DNA from: Nanobdellota archaeon | GTDB lineage: Archaea; Nanobdellota; Nanobdellia; Pacearchaeales; GW2011-AR1 | Length of the DNA stretch: 64,000 bases | Assembly (NCBI GenBank): GCA_043810695.1 | Contig: JBDRNV010000005.1 | Coordinates: 10,590-74,589 of the forward strand | Reading direction: 5' to 3' | Part shown: positions 10,675 to 21,281 of the stretch, piece by piece | Position numbering within the stretch: the stretch's first letter is position 1 | Layout of the letters: each line of letters starts with the position of its first letter | Translations under genes and position numbers: made by a program | Notes under the pieces: model-generated | Told to the model about the DNA's origin: nothing | The model's input: only the letters and a program-made list of their open reading frames with translations | Database searches by the model: none

Positions 10675-11724
10675 ATGACAGAAAAACAATATGGGGGTAA
10701 TACTGGAAGAGCAGAAGGAGATAGGTCTGTTAATAATCTTAAAACTAATAATGAAATAATTAACCAAAATAAAGCTAAAAAAAGCGATACCCCTTCTATT
10801 AATAAATCTAATAAGATTAATAGTTCATCTTCAAAAGAATCTTTATCAGATAAGGAAAAAATTATTCAAGCTGGAAAAATTTCATCTGAAGTTAAAAAAT
10901 ATGCAGCCTCAATAATAAAAAAAGGAGTTTCTTTGCTTGAAATAGCAGAGAAAATAGAAAAAAAGATTGAAGAGCTTGGGGGAAAGCCTGCTTTTCCTGT
11001 AAATCTAAGCATTGATAATATTGCAGCTCATTATACACCTGGTTATGATGATAAAACAACTGCAAGCGGTTTGCTGAAAATTGATATAGGAGTTCATCTA
11101 GATGGCTGGATAGCTGACACTGCTTTTTCAATGGATCTTGAAAATAACGAAGAGAATAAAAAACTTATAGAAGCTTCAAAAAAAGCACTTGAAGATGCGA
11201 TAAAAATTGCAAAAAAAGACGTTTTACTTAGTGATATAGGAAAAATAATTCAGGATACAATAAGTTCTTTTGGCTTTTCTCCTGTGATAAATCTTTCAGG
11301 GCATGGTATGGAACAGTACAAACTGCATTCTGGAATAACAATACCTAATACAGAAGATAAAAAAAATATTAGTTTAAAAGAAGAACTTTATGCAATTGAG
11401 CCTTTTGCAACAACAGGAAGCGGACGCGTCCATGACGGAAAACCATCTGGAATTTATGAATTAAGGGAAATAAAAAATGTAAGAAGTCCTATTGCAAGAG
11501 AAGTTCTAGAATTTATAATAAAAGAATATAGCACTCTTCCTTTTTGTTCGCGCTGGATTGTTAAAAAGCTAGGAACAAAAGCTCTTTTCGGTTTAAAACA
11601 ATTAGAAGAAAATGGGAATCTTCATCATTACAGCCAGCTTGTTGAAATTCTAGGAAGCAAAGTAAGCCAGGCAGAACAAACAATTTTAATAGAAAAAGAT
11701 AATACTATTGTGACTACTGAATAA
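10675..11724 (+). CDS. map: methionine aminopeptidase type II (N-terminal low-complexity extension)
   Basis: 'AFPVN..AAHYTP', 'DIGVHLDGWIADTA', 'NLSGHG', 'AIEPFAT'. Confidence 0.95.
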   Translation: MTEKQYGGNTGRAEGDRSVNNLKTNNEIINQNKAKKSDTPSINKSNKINSSSSKESLSDKEKIIQAGKISSEVKKYAASIIKKGVSLLEIAEKIEKKIEELGGKPAFPVNLSIDNIAAHYTPGYDDKTTASGLLKIDIGVHLDGWIADTAFSMDLENNEENKKLIEASKKALEDAIKIAKKDVLLSDIGKIIQDTISSFGFSPVINLSGHGMEQYKLHSGITIPNTEDKKNISLKEELYAIEPFATTGSGRVHDGKPSGIYELREIKNVRSPIAREVLEFIIKEYSTLPFCSRWIVKKLGTKALFGLKQLEENGNLHHYSQLVEILGSKVSQAEQTILIEKDNTIVTTE

Positions 11725-12178
11725 ATTCTGATTCAGGGATATAATTTCTAATTACTGATTCTAAAAAAGATTTTGCAAATGGATTACTAAGTTTAGGTAA
11801 GATTCTTTTTGCTTCATTTATATAAATAGCTCTTATATTTACATCTTTATTATTCACATTTACAGAGCAAGGATGATTTATATGAAATGTATAAAATAAA
11901 GCAATTTCGCTGTCTGAAAGTTTTTCAAAATCTTCTTCTGAAATTATTCTTTTTTCTGTTAAAGTGTTAGAATCTCTTGTGCTACCACAATCTGAACAAT
12001 TATATAAAAGAATATCTTCACCTAATGGATTAAATCTTGTTGGAATATTTAAAGAGTTAGATTGTTTTCCAAAATATGAAAATAATCTATCAGTTTTACA
12101 TTTTTCACAATGTGCAGATAATGCTCCTGAAAATTGCTCAGTATCTTCATTTGATTTTCTTTTTTCAAGATTTTTCAT
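11714..12178 (-). CDS. hypothetical protein with CxxC pairs
   Basis: 154-aa ORF, 'HCEKC' and 'NCSDC'. Confidence 0.6.
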   Translation of the reverse strand: MKNLEKRKSNEDTEQFSGALSAHCEKCKTDRLFSYFGKQSNSLNIPTRFNPLGEDILLYNCSDCGSTRDSNTLTEKRIISEEDFEKLSDSEIALFYTFHINHPCSVNVNNKDVNIRAIYINEAKRILPKLSNPFAKSFLESVIRNYIPESEFIQ

Positions 12179-12187
12179 TTTTTAGTT

Positions 12188-12550
12188 TTAATCTAACATT
12201 GATGTAATAGGATATTTTTCTTTTAATTTTGGATAATTATCAAAATTATCTGTTCTTTTTAATACAGTTTTAACAAGACTCCTCCCACAAGGGCTATTCA
12301 TATATAATGAACAAATTCTTTCATCATAACCAGATTTATTTATTTCATTTACAAGTCTATCATAACGAAGATTTTGTATTTTTGCTATACCAGCAGAAAC
12401 ACCAACAAGCAAAATACTACTAACTTTAATTATTCCTTCAGTTATGGCTGATTCATTGCTAGCAAAAAAGAGATTACACGTAGCATATGCTAAACCTGCC
12501 TCTACAAATTTATTTATTTTTATTTTATCTAAAAGTTTACCAAATCCCAT
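12188..12550 (-). CDS. hypothetical membrane-associated protein
   Basis: 120-aa ORF with hydrophobic segments. Confidence 0.55.
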   Translation of the reverse strand: MGFGKLLDKIKINKFVEAGLAYATCNLFFASNESAITEGIIKVSSILLVGVSAGIAKIQNLRYDRLVNEINKSGYDERICSLYMNSPCGRSLVKTVLKRTDNFDNYPKLKEKYPITSMLD

Positions 12551-12613
12551 CCTCTTCCCAGAAACACCTTATTTATAAATCTTACTCTTTTGTAACTACT
12601 ATATAGTTATTAA

Positions 12614-14902
12614 TCATCCCAAATAAGAACTCTCAAGAGGAATTGCTGATTTTGCAGATTTCAAAAAGCTGTCTTCTATTTTCTTATAAACTTCAAGCAG
12701 TGGTTTGCTTACGCTTGGCTTTATTTTCTTTATGGCTTCTTCAAAGTGCTCTAATGTAACATTTTTTGCATCTTTACTCTCTCTTAAGGAAATCATTGCA
12801 GCCTCTCTTGTCAGAGCCTCTAAATCAGCTCCTGTATAACCATGTGTTTTCTTTGCAATCTCTTTAAGATTAACATCTTTTAAAGGCATTTTCTTAGTAT
12901 GTATATTCAAAATTGAAAGTCTTCCTTCTTCTTCAGGTGCACCTACAAGAAGCACTCTATCAAATCTTCCAGGCCTTAGCAAAGCAGGATCAAGCATATC
13001 TGGCCTGTTTGTTGCTCCAATTACAAGAACATCATTAAGGTCTTCAAGCCCGTCCATTTCTGCAAGCAGCTGATTCAAAACTCTCTCTGTAACTTTTGTT
13101 CCATATTCAGCTCCCCTTTTTCCTGCGAGTGAGTCAATTTCATCAAAGAAAATAATACAAGGACTTACTTGCCTTGCTCTCTCAAAAACTTTTCTCATTC
13201 CTTCTTCTGATTTACCAACCCACATACTTAACAAACTAGGACCTTTAACCTGTATAAAATTTGCTTCTGCTTCTTTTGCAATAGCCTTAGCAAGCAAAGT
13301 CTTTCCAGTACCAGGTGGACCATAAAGAAGAACACCTCTTGAAGGACGTATACCCATTCTTACAAATGTTTCTGGATATTTTAATGGCCATTCAACAGCC
13401 TCATTCAACTCTTGTTTAATTTTATTAAGTCCGCCAACATCTTTCCAGCCAACATTAGGTGTTTCAACTAAAACTTCTCTCATTGCAGATGGGCGAACAA
13501 TTTTAAGTGCGTCCATAAAATCAGCATGTTTTATTATCAACTTATCCAAAAGTTCAGGTGAAATTTGCTCTTCTGCATCAAGTTTCATTTTAGGCAGAAG
13601 TTTTCTTAATACATTCATAGCAGCTTCTTTGCATAAAGCTTCAAGATCTGCTCCAACAAATCCATGAGTCACAGCTGCAATCTCGTCAAGTTTAACATCT
13701 TTTGTGAATGGCATTCCCCTGCTGTGTATTTTCAAAATTGAAAGTCTTCCTTCTTTTCCAGGAACACTTAATTCTATTTCTCTATCAAATCTTCCAGGAC
13801 GTCTCAATGCAGGGTCTATTGAATTAGGACGATTTGTTGCTCCTATAACAATAACTTTTCCTCGAGATTTCAAACCATCCATCATTGTAAGTAGCTGGGA
13901 AACAACACGTCTTTCAACTTCACCCATAACTTCTTCTCTTTTTGGAGCAATTGCATCAAGCTCATCAATAAATACAATTGAGGGTGCTGTTTTTTCAGCT
14001 TCCTCGAAAAGGTCTCTAATTTTTTTCTCAGATTCTCCGTAAAACTTGCTCATAATTTCAGGTCCGTTGAGCAGAATAAAATTTGCTTCTGATTCATTTG
14101 CAACAGCCTTTGCAAGTAATGTCTTTCCTGTTCCAGGAGGCCCGTGAAGCAGAACACCTTTTGGAGGTTCAATACCAAGTCTTTGGAAAATTTCAGGATG
14201 TTTAAGAGGAATTTCAACCATCTCTCTTATTTTTTTAATTTCTTCACTTAATCCGCCAATATCTTCATAGGTTATTTCTGGAATACTTTCTTCTGTTATT
14301 TCAACAGCTTTTGGATTTAATGTTACTTCTGTATTTTCTGTTATTATTACAGGCTGATTTGGATTTGTATTTATAACTAAAAATTTAATCTGTGTAAATC
14401 CTCCAAGTTGTCCAAAGCCCATATTCCCAAGCATGTCTCCAAGCATGTCTCCGACTTCCCCTCCAAATTCATCAGAAAACACGTCTCTTCTTCTCTGAAC
14501 ACCTCCAAGAACAACAACATCACCCTTAAGAACAGCTCGTCCAAGTAATCCTCTTCTAAGGCTGTCTGATTCTGCTTGAACCATGATATTTTTCTGCGCA
14601 GGTGCAATAATTATTTTTTTTGCCTCTTTTATTTCTGCTTTTGAGATTTTAACAGCCTCACCAATACCTGTTTTTGCATTTCTTCTTAGAATTCCGTCTA
14701 TTCTTATTATCCCTTCTCCGACATCTGCAGGATAAGCCCTATCTGCAATTGCAACTGTCTCTCTGTTTCCTTTAATAACTATAACATCCCCTCTCTTTAT
14801 ATCAAGCTCTCTCATTACCTCCCCATCTATTCGTGCAACTCCTTTATACGCATCATCCTGTTGCGCTTCAACAACTTTAAGCTGAATTTCTTTTTTTATC
14901 AT
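12614..14902 (-). CDS. cdc48: Cdc48/VCP AAA+ ATPase
   Basis: two AAA modules 'GPPGTGKT', 'RPGRFDR', N-domain, C-terminal 'YLG'. Confidence 0.97.
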   Translation of the reverse strand: MIKKEIQLKVVEAQQDDAYKGVARIDGEVMRELDIKRGDVIVIKGNRETVAIADRAYPADVGEGIIRIDGILRRNAKTGIGEAVKISKAEIKEAKKIIIAPAQKNIMVQAESDSLRRGLLGRAVLKGDVVVLGGVQRRRDVFSDEFGGEVGDMLGDMLGNMGFGQLGGFTQIKFLVINTNPNQPVIITENTEVTLNPKAVEITEESIPEITYEDIGGLSEEIKKIREMVEIPLKHPEIFQRLGIEPPKGVLLHGPPGTGKTLLAKAVANESEANFILLNGPEIMSKFYGESEKKIRDLFEEAEKTAPSIVFIDELDAIAPKREEVMGEVERRVVSQLLTMMDGLKSRGKVIVIGATNRPNSIDPALRRPGRFDREIELSVPGKEGRLSILKIHSRGMPFTKDVKLDEIAAVTHGFVGADLEALCKEAAMNVLRKLLPKMKLDAEEQISPELLDKLIIKHADFMDALKIVRPSAMREVLVETPNVGWKDVGGLNKIKQELNEAVEWPLKYPETFVRMGIRPSRGVLLYGPPGTGKTLLAKAIAKEAEANFIQVKGPSLLSMWVGKSEEGMRKVFERARQVSPCIIFFDEIDSLAGKRGAEYGTKVTERVLNQLLAEMDGLEDLNDVLVIGATNRPDMLDPALLRPGRFDRVLLVGAPEEEGRLSILNIHTKKMPLKDVNLKEIAKKTHGYTGADLEALTREAAMISLRESKDAKNVTLEHFEEAIKKIKPSVSKPLLEVYKKIEDSFLKSAKSAIPLESSYLG

Positions 14903-15393
14903 TTTATTTTTTCTTTATCTTTTTTAATTAGAATATTTTTATTATTTTCTGGATTAGCTGAATCATAAAATTGTCGTGCATGCAGAACAGGCTGATTATT
15001 TTTAATAACCTTATATTCTCTAGCTTTGATAACTCTAGAATCTTTATTTTCTCCAATATTTCCAAAGTTCAAACTTAATCTTCCGGAATCTTCAAAACAA
15101 AGTCTTACCATATCGTTCATTATTTTTTCCTGTTCTCTTATAAATAAAACAATTTCCTTGGGAATTGAAACAGCATAACTATTTCCGACGAGTCTCATTT
15201 TTACTCGAAATTCCTTGTTTTTTAGGTTTATAAATTTAGCATATTCCTGCTCATCTGCAGGATGAATTATTTTTTCATTGCATTCAGGGCATATTACAGT
15301 TCTTAGAATAAATCCATTCTTTTCTATCTCTGCCCTTTTCATCTTTAAATTACATTTTTTGCAAAGTATTGTATTATCAAAAATATCTGTCAT
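14899..15393 (-). CDS. Zn-ribbon + AbrB/MazE-like DNA-binding protein
   Basis: CxxC...CxxC followed by '[17 protein letters not shown]' swapped-hairpin motif. Confidence 0.75.
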   Translation of the reverse strand: MTDIFDNTILCKKCNLKMKRAEIEKNGFILRTVICPECNEKIIHPADEQEYAKFINLKNKEFRVKMRLVGNSYAVSIPKEIVLFIREQEKIMNDMVRLCFEDSGRLSLNFGNIGENKDSRVIKAREYKVIKNNQPVLHARQFYDSANPENNKNILIKKDKEKIK

Positions 15394-15396
15394 GTT

Positions 15397-15585
15397 TTAA
15401 TTTGTTTTTTTAGTTTTATTTTCAAGTGAATTTAATTTAGATAAAATGCCAAAATCATATCTCATTGGAATTATTGGAAGAGGTAATTCTCCACATATAA
15501 TTAACGAAGAGAAATCTATTTTTGGAAGTTCACTAAATCCTTCAGAGTAACCAAAATTATTTTCATTATATTTTCTGTCAACCAT
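15397..15585 (-). CDS. small hypothetical protein
   Basis: 62-aa ORF co-oriented directly upstream of the AbrB-like gene. Confidence 0.35.
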   Translation of the reverse strand: MVDRKYNENNFGYSEGFSELPKIDFSSLIICGELPLPIIPMRYDFGILSKLNSLENKTKKTN

Positions 15586-15622
15586 TTTTTATTTTTGTTT
15601 TTCTTTAATTTTTTTATTATAA

Positions 15623-15646
15623 CAGCCGTGTCATATGACACGACTG
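15623..15646. promoter_or_regulatory. GC-rich palindrome/hairpin CAGCCGTGTCATATGACACGACTG
   Basis: perfect 16-bp palindrome CGTGTCATATGACACG (15627-15642) in a divergent intergenic region. Confidence 0.5.
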
Positions 15647-15779
15647 GGGTTGAAAAGAGGTGAATGAGGATATACCTCTTGTATATACATAAAAGATATA
15701 CCTATTTAAATATTTCGGTGATTATTGGCTTTTTATTCTAACTGACAACTTTTAAAAACTATTAAGAGTTAAATTTGAA

Positions 15780-16424
15780 ATGGGTTCAAAAAAAGAAGGT
15801 GGTTTAAACAATATTAAAAAAATTCTAAAAAAATTCTGGCATCTTCTATGGAAGGATGATAGTTTTAAAGGATGGATTTTTTCTGTTATTTTTCTTTTTA
15901 TATTTATAAAATTTATATTTTTTCCCTTGCTAAGTTTAGCAACAGGAACAGCTTTACCTTTAGCAATTGTTGAATCCTGTAGTATGTATCATAAAGGAAA
16001 TCTGCTTTCTAATTTTAATTCATGGTTTGAAAGGCATGAAAGTAAATATGAACCTTATTTAATAAACAAATTAGACTTTCAGGATTTTTCTTTTAAAAAC
16101 GGATTTAATAAAGGTGATATTCTTTTTATAGTTCGAGCAAATCCTGAGAAATTAAAAGAAGGTGATATAATAATTTTTAATGCAAATCAAAGAAACCCTG
16201 TAATTCATAGGATTATAAATATAAGAGAAGAAGACGGCAAAAGAATATTTTCAACATTTGGAGATAATAATTGGCAGCAGCTTTCATTTGAAAATGATAT
16301 AACAGAAGAACAGGTAGTTGGAAAAGCTGTATTTAAGTTAGCTCCTTATCTTGGATGGGTGAAGTTAGTATTTTATGAGTGGCAAAAACCAGAAGGAGAG
16401 AGGGGTTTTTGTAAGGAAAATTAA
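15780..16424 (+). CDS. signal peptidase I (Sec11-like)
   Basis: TM, 'VESCSM', 'GDIIIF', 'VIHRI', 'GDNN'. Confidence 0.9.
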   Translation: MGSKKEGGLNNIKKILKKFWHLLWKDDSFKGWIFSVIFLFIFIKFIFFPLLSLATGTALPLAIVESCSMYHKGNLLSNFNSWFERHESKYEPYLINKLDFQDFSFKNGFNKGDILFIVRANPEKLKEGDIIIFNANQRNPVIHRIINIREEDGKRIFSTFGDNNWQQLSFENDITEEQVVGKAVFKLAPYLGWVKLVFYEWQKPEGERGFCKEN

Positions 16425-16478
16425 TCAAATAAAACAAAAGTTATTTAAATGAGCGCCTTTTAGGTTAAAAAAATCAAA

Positions 16479-16793
16479 ATGGAATTTTGTCCAAGATGCG
16501 GGGCTGTTCTTATACACAAAAAGAAAAGAGATGCTTGTCCTAGATGCAGTTACTCAGCAAAAGGCAAGATTAAATTAAAAATTTCAGAAAAAATAGAAGA
16601 AAAAAAGAAGATTAATGTTATCTCTGAAAAAGATTCAGAAGTTTATCCTATAATAGAATTAGAAAAGCCCTGTGAAGAATGTGGGAGTAACAAGGCTTAT
16701 TTCTGGACTATACAGACAAGATCCTCGGATGAAGCAGAAACTAAATTCTTCAAGTGCACTAAATGTGAGTATACTTGGAGGGAATATCGTTAG
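16479..16793 (+). CDS. tfs: transcription factor S
   Basis: 'MEFCPRCG', 'QTRSSDEAETKFFKCTKC'. Confidence 0.95.
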   Translation: MEFCPRCGAVLIHKKKRDACPRCSYSAKGKIKLKISEKIEEKKKINVISEKDSEVYPIIELEKPCEECGSNKAYFWTIQTRSSDEAETKFFKCTKCEYTWREYR

Positions 16794-16842
16794 AATTAGT
16801 TTTTCTACTAAAATTTAAAAAGACTTAATAATTTTATTAATA

Positions 16843-17412
16843 ATGAACAAAGGATATGAAAAATTAAAAGAGGGATTAAAAGATTTTGAAGAAACTTCTG
16901 AAATAAGATTTGTTATTGAAGATTATAATGACATATTCTCAAATTTTGATCCAAGACCATTGCCTAAAAGAGGATTATCAGAGAATTTTCTCGCTGAAGC
17001 AAAAAGAGCCAGTATTGTTAAAGAAGCTGAAAAAGTAGATTGTATTTTTTTAGTTCCAAGAAAAGTAAGAGATTTTAAAGGAGAAGTAAAAATAATAGAG
17101 AGGTTACAAAAATATTTTAAGAAACATTTTAATCTTTTAAAAAATGAAAAAAATAAGACAATAAAGAAAGGAACTCTTTTTATAGCCTCTGGGATAATAG
17201 TAATGCTCCTCGCTACTTTTTTATTATTTAACTTCAAACAGGAAAGTTTTTTGACAAGTTTTTTTGTTATTCTTCTTGAACCTGCTGGCTGGTTTCTTTT
17301 TTGGGAAGGATTAGATTTAGTTATTTTTGATGCAAAAGGAACAGATGTAAATCTAAAATTCCACAAAAAGATGGCTCATGCAAATATAAAGTTTATTTCA
17401 AACTTAGATTAA
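16843..17412 (+). CDS. conserved hypothetical membrane protein
   Basis: 'YNDIFSNFDPRP', two TM helices, 'GWFLFWEG'. Confidence 0.75.
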   Translation: MNKGYEKLKEGLKDFEETSEIRFVIEDYNDIFSNFDPRPLPKRGLSENFLAEAKRASIVKEAEKVDCIFLVPRKVRDFKGEVKIIERLQKYFKKHFNLLKNEKNKTIKKGTLFIASGIIVMLLATFLLFNFKQESFLTSFFVILLEPAGWFLFWEGLDLVIFDAKGTDVNLKFHKKMAHANIKFISNLD

Positions 17413-17490
17413 TTTTATAAGTGTATAAAATGTGAATATGCTTTGATAAAATATAGATAAGATTTAATAAGTTAACTAAATTAAAATAAT

Positions 17491-18108
17491 ATGTCATTTG
17501 GTGAAATAACATCTTTCGTAACAAGAAATTTTACGGTTTCTGAAGGAATAGATTTAATAAAACCACTAGGATTATTTATTATTGGACTTGCGATATATGT
17601 TTGGTTTATCTTTAAATTTTACAGGTTGTTGGCAAGAAGAGAGATTTTTAAATTAGATATTGATGAAAAAAAACATTATGGTAAATTTAAAAGTTTTTTA
17701 CTTAGGTTTATATATCTTATAAGATATATCGTTATCTTTCCAGTTTTTTTATTATTCTGGGTTTTAATACTTTCAGTAATTTTGGCATTTTTATCTAAAA
17801 ATACTCCAATAGAAGGTATATTATTAATCGCAGTAGCATTAGTTGGGGTAATAAGATTTATGACTTATTACAATGAGGATCTTTCTAGAGATTTAGCTAA
17901 AATGATGCCTTTTGCTTTATTAGGTGTTTTTTTAGTTGACGCCTCTTATTTTGTAACAACAAATTCTATAGAAAAAATATGGCAATTTTTTGATTTATGG
18001 AAATTGATAGTTTATTATTTAATTGTAATTATTTTAATGGAGTTTGTGTTAAGAACACTTCGAGGAATAGTAAATAGTATAAAGAATAGAGGAAAAAAAG
18101 AAGATTAA
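17491..18108 (+). CDS. hypothetical membrane protein
   Basis: multi-TM, 'YYNEDLSRDLAKMMPF'. Confidence 0.75.
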   Translation: MSFGEITSFVTRNFTVSEGIDLIKPLGLFIIGLAIYVWFIFKFYRLLARREIFKLDIDEKKHYGKFKSFLLRFIYLIRYIVIFPVFLLFWVLILSVILAFLSKNTPIEGILLIAVALVGVIRFMTYYNEDLSRDLAKMMPFALLGVFLVDASYFVTTNSIEKIWQFFDLWKLIVYYLIVIILMEFVLRTLRGIVNSIKNRGKKED

Positions 18109-18121
18109 TATTATTTCTGAA

Positions 18122-18200
18122 ATGGCCCCGATGGGATTTGAGAGCTCACAAGTTCACTCTAATTCGCCGCTTCGCGACAAATTAACCCAAGGGTTCAAAT
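18122..18200 (-). repeat. tRNA-Lys 3'-end duplicate plus hairpin element
   Basis: 18122-18141 is identical to 18207-18226 (ATGGCCCCGATGGGATTTGA); internal hairpins. Confidence 0.8.
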
Positions 18201-18207
18201 ATTAATA

Positions 18208-18325
18208 TGGCCCCGATGGGATTTGAACCCACGACACCTGGATATCTCCTCGTTTGTACAAGGAAATTCTGAACTTTTGATTCGAGTTAAGAGTCCAGTG
18301 CTCTACCAGACTGAGCTACGGAGCC
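18208..18325 (-). tRNA. tRNA-Lys(CTT) with 44-nt intron (18244-18287)
   Basis: acceptor GGCTCCG/CGGGGCC-A, D arm GCTC/GAGC, anticodon stem CTGGA/TCCAG, T loop TTCAAAT, canonical 37/38 bulge-helix-bulge. Confidence 0.95.
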
Positions 18326-18374
18326 TTTTGCTGTTTTGTATATTTACTAGATTAACTTGCATATAAAAATATTC

Positions 18375-18569
18375 TTATTTCCTGTGCTTAAAGAACTCAA
18401 TAGCTCTAAATCTTTTCAGAACTTTATTGTAATTTCCCTGAGCAAGTGTTTTTGTCTTGGCTTCATTTAAAAGACGAAAATTATAACTACCGACAGAACC
18501 TTTTATTTTATTCTTTCCTGGATATTTCTTCCATCTCTTTTCTCTTTTTCCTTTATATTGAAGAACCAT
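18375..18569 (-). CDS. small basic hypothetical protein
   Basis: 64-aa Lys/Arg-rich ORF. Confidence 0.6.
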   Translation of the reverse strand: MVLQYKGKREKRWKKYPGKNKIKGSVGSYNFRLLNEAKTKTLAQGNYNKVLKRFRAIEFFKHRK

Positions 18570-18693
18570 TTTTATACTATTTAATCAATTATTAACAGTT
18601 TAAATTTTTTATTATTAGTATTATTAACAAAAAAACCCGAAAAATAATAACAAATAAGTAGAACAAAACATTTCGGGGCGGTAGTTGTCAGAA

Positions 18694-18960
18694 TTATCTT
18701 ATTAGTTTCTGAATATTCTCAATTGCATCTGCGACTTCTTTTCCCTTCTTGGTCAACTTTATAATTTTTATTCGCCCCTTTTTTTCAAAATCGACCAAAC
18801 TCAATATCTCAAGAGTCTGCAGAATCTTTACAGCATGGCTGTATGTGCAGTCAACTTCTTTAGCCAAAATACTACCGTATCTCATTCGTGTGTTCTTTTT
18901 CAAAGAAACCAGCATCAAAGCAGGCTTTCTCCTAAAAAAGATATCAAAGTTGTCTTTCAT
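18694..18960 (-). CDS. winged-helix DNA-binding protein
   Basis: 'LAKEVDCTYSHAVKIL', 'KKGRIKIIKLTKKG'. Confidence 0.85.
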   Translation of the reverse strand: MKDNFDIFFRRKPALMLVSLKKNTRMRYGSILAKEVDCTYSHAVKILQTLEILSLVDFEKKGRIKIIKLTKKGKEVADAIENIQKLIR

Positions 18961-19119
18961 TTTTCAACGTGTGTATTTTATTGTATATATCCCATAAGTA
19001 ATGTGCTTTTAAACCTTTTGGAAACTATATATTAAAAAGTTTATTTATGATTTAATTAGCTAAATTTTCCGCAAAATACACTTCACAATGTTTATTAATC
19101 AAAATAAATAACAAAAAAC

Positions 19120-19737
19120 ATGGAAAAAACCAAAAAAACAAAAATTCTTGCAGTAGGAGACATTCATGGAGACACAGGACTTGTAGAAAGGCTTGCTGAA
19201 AAGGCAAAAAAAGAAAATGTTGATATTATAATCCTTGCAGGAGACTTGACTATGGCAGAACAATCAATAGAATATCTTATTGGTCCTTTTGTAAAAGAAA
19301 AAAAACAAGTTTTACTTATTCCAGGAAATCATGAATCAGATTCAACAATTGAATTTCTTGCACAAGCTTATCAAGTAAAAAATCTACATGGTTATGGATT
19401 TAGAAAGAATAATTTAGGAATTTTCGGAGCAGGAACAGCTAATATGGGAATACATCAGATAGGAGATGAAAACATATTCAGGCTTTTAGAAAAAGGAAAC
19501 AAAGAAATTGGTAATGCAAAAAAGAAAATAATGGTCACTCACATACATCCAAAAGGAAGCAAAACAGAAGAAATCTTTGGATTTCAAGGCTCTAAAGCAG
19601 TAAGAAAGGCAATTGAAGAATTTGCACCAGATATAGCAATAAACGCCCACATGCATGAAGCAGGAGGAATGGAAGAAAAAATAGGAAAAACCTGGGTGAT
19701 AAATGTAAGTCGAAAAGAAAAAATTTTCGAGATATAA
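19120..19737 (+). CDS. calcineurin-like metallophosphoesterase
   Basis: 'GDIHG', 'AGD', 'PGNHE', 'HMHE'. Confidence 0.92.
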   Translation: MEKTKKTKILAVGDIHGDTGLVERLAEKAKKENVDIIILAGDLTMAEQSIEYLIGPFVKEKKQVLLIPGNHESDSTIEFLAQAYQVKNLHGYGFRKNNLGIFGAGTANMGIHQIGDENIFRLLEKGNKEIGNAKKKIMVTHIHPKGSKTEEIFGFQGSKAVRKAIEEFAPDIAINAHMHEAGGMEEKIGKTWVINVSRKEKIFEI

Positions 19738-19814
19738 ATTTTGTGTAACGCAACAAGAAGCGAAGAAGTAAGAAAACAAGAAATTATATAAACAATAATC
19801 CAAATAATAATTGT

Positions 19815-20255
19815 ATGGAACATCGATCTAAAGTTATATTAGTTGTATTATTTGCACTTATTGTTTTATTTATTGTGATATTTATGAATAATCGTTTTTG
19901 TAGTTCTGGAGGCGGAGCTTCCTATGTGTATGTTGATAGTACAAATCTACCTAATAATATATTTGCTTATTGTGACAAAGCAAACGAAGCAGATTACCAA
20001 TATTATTGTATGGGAATTGGTCATAAAAGTAACTATACTATCACAAAAGAGAGTTTCAAAGAATCTTTAAAGCCATACACTATTGCTGAAAGTAGGTGGT
20101 TCAGTGATGGATGTACTTCCTCTACCAATATTACTATATACACTGAAGATGGATCACACAACGCAAACAAAGAAGAATTAGATAAATTCTTACGCTCCTA
20201 TAATGAAACATGTAGTGGTTGTGTAAAAGAAATTATGATAGAAGCGTATTTCTAA
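19815..20255 (+). CDS. hypothetical exported/membrane-anchored protein
   Basis: N-terminal TM, Cys-containing soluble domain. Confidence 0.6.
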   Translation: MEHRSKVILVVLFALIVLFIVIFMNNRFCSSGGGASYVYVDSTNLPNNIFAYCDKANEADYQYYCMGIGHKSNYTITKESFKESLKPYTIAESRWFSDGCTSSTNITIYTEDGSHNANKEELDKFLRSYNETCSGCVKEIMIEAYF

Positions 20256-20355
20256 ATTTTGAGTTTTCGTGCCTAAATTAAAAATGGAGACTTCTGCCGC
20301 CGAAAATATCTTTAGATAAGAATTAAAAATAAAAAAGAAAAATAAAAGAAAAAAT

Positions 20356-21156
20356 TTAAGCTCTGTATAATGTCTGTAATCCTGTAATGTCTGGTATTTC
20401 AAGGGTTCTTTTCTGCGTTTCTCCATATTCAGAATATCCATACATTGTTACTGCTGAACAGACTGTGTCATACACATCTGCTAAACCAGCACCATGACCA
20501 ATTTCATGTGTTGCTATATTTTGCAAATCCATTAGTATTGGATTAACTGTTGCATCTCCCCATGTCCAATCTGTATCAAACATTACATCAAATTCAACTA
20601 TTGATTTTGTCGCTGGATTGTACCATACTGTTGTTACTGCTATAACTCCTGCAGTTGGATAATTACCAAATGTTATAGCATTCGCATAATTCTGAACCCC
20701 ATAAGTTGCCATGTAATCAACCATATAAGCATCATTCATCAGCTCCTTATTTGTTGCTACATCCCAGGTTTCAGCTGAAGTAGATACAGCATTAGTGATA
20801 AATCTTTCATCTAGACCCTGTGGATTTGTCGGGTTAATCACATAATTTACTGGTAGAGCTGTCCATCTCACTTTTGTTGGTGTCAGAAACTTATAACAAG
20901 AAGGTGCTTTGGGTTGTTTGGCTGCTTCAGGTTTTGCGAAATCTTTCTTGTAATGGATAAATTCTATTTTTTCTAAACCTGGTGGTGTTGGAAGTGCCCA
21001 GTCGCCATCTATGACCGGTGATTTATCTACCGCTATTCCTGCATTTTCCTTTGCATTGTTATTTGCTGGAATCATCATAGAAGCTGAAACTATTACTAAA
21101 AATGCCAAAAATGTTATTGCCAAAATAGAAATCATCCAATGTAATTTCATTTTCAT
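20356..21156 (-). CDS. secreted matrixin-like (M10/metzincin) metalloprotease
   Basis: signal peptide, 'ATHEIGHGAGLAD', Met-turn 'TMYG', 'DITGLQTLY'. Confidence 0.85.
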   Translation of the reverse strand: MKMKLHWMISILAITFLAFLVIVSASMMIPANNNAKENAGIAVDKSPVIDGDWALPTPPGLEKIEFIHYKKDFAKPEAAKQPKAPSCYKFLTPTKVRWTALPVNYVINPTNPQGLDERFITNAVSTSAETWDVATNKELMNDAYMVDYMATYGVQNYANAITFGNYPTAGVIAVTTVWYNPATKSIVEFDVMFDTDWTWGDATVNPILMDLQNIATHEIGHGAGLADVYDTVCSAVTMYGYSEYGETQKRTLEIPDITGLQTLYRA

Positions 21157-21281
21157 TTTTTTACCTCTTTATCAATAATTCAATTACATTAAATATTTAA
21201 ATGTTTTTATTTTCTTGTGAAGCAAGGCTAAATGTGGCGAATCAATTAAAAATATAAAAAGCCTTTTAAATAACCTATAAA

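Noticed and set aside
14428..14453. 12-bp tandem repeat in cdc48
   Set aside because: Encodes GDML-GDML in a variable N-domain loop; ordinary coding microduplication.
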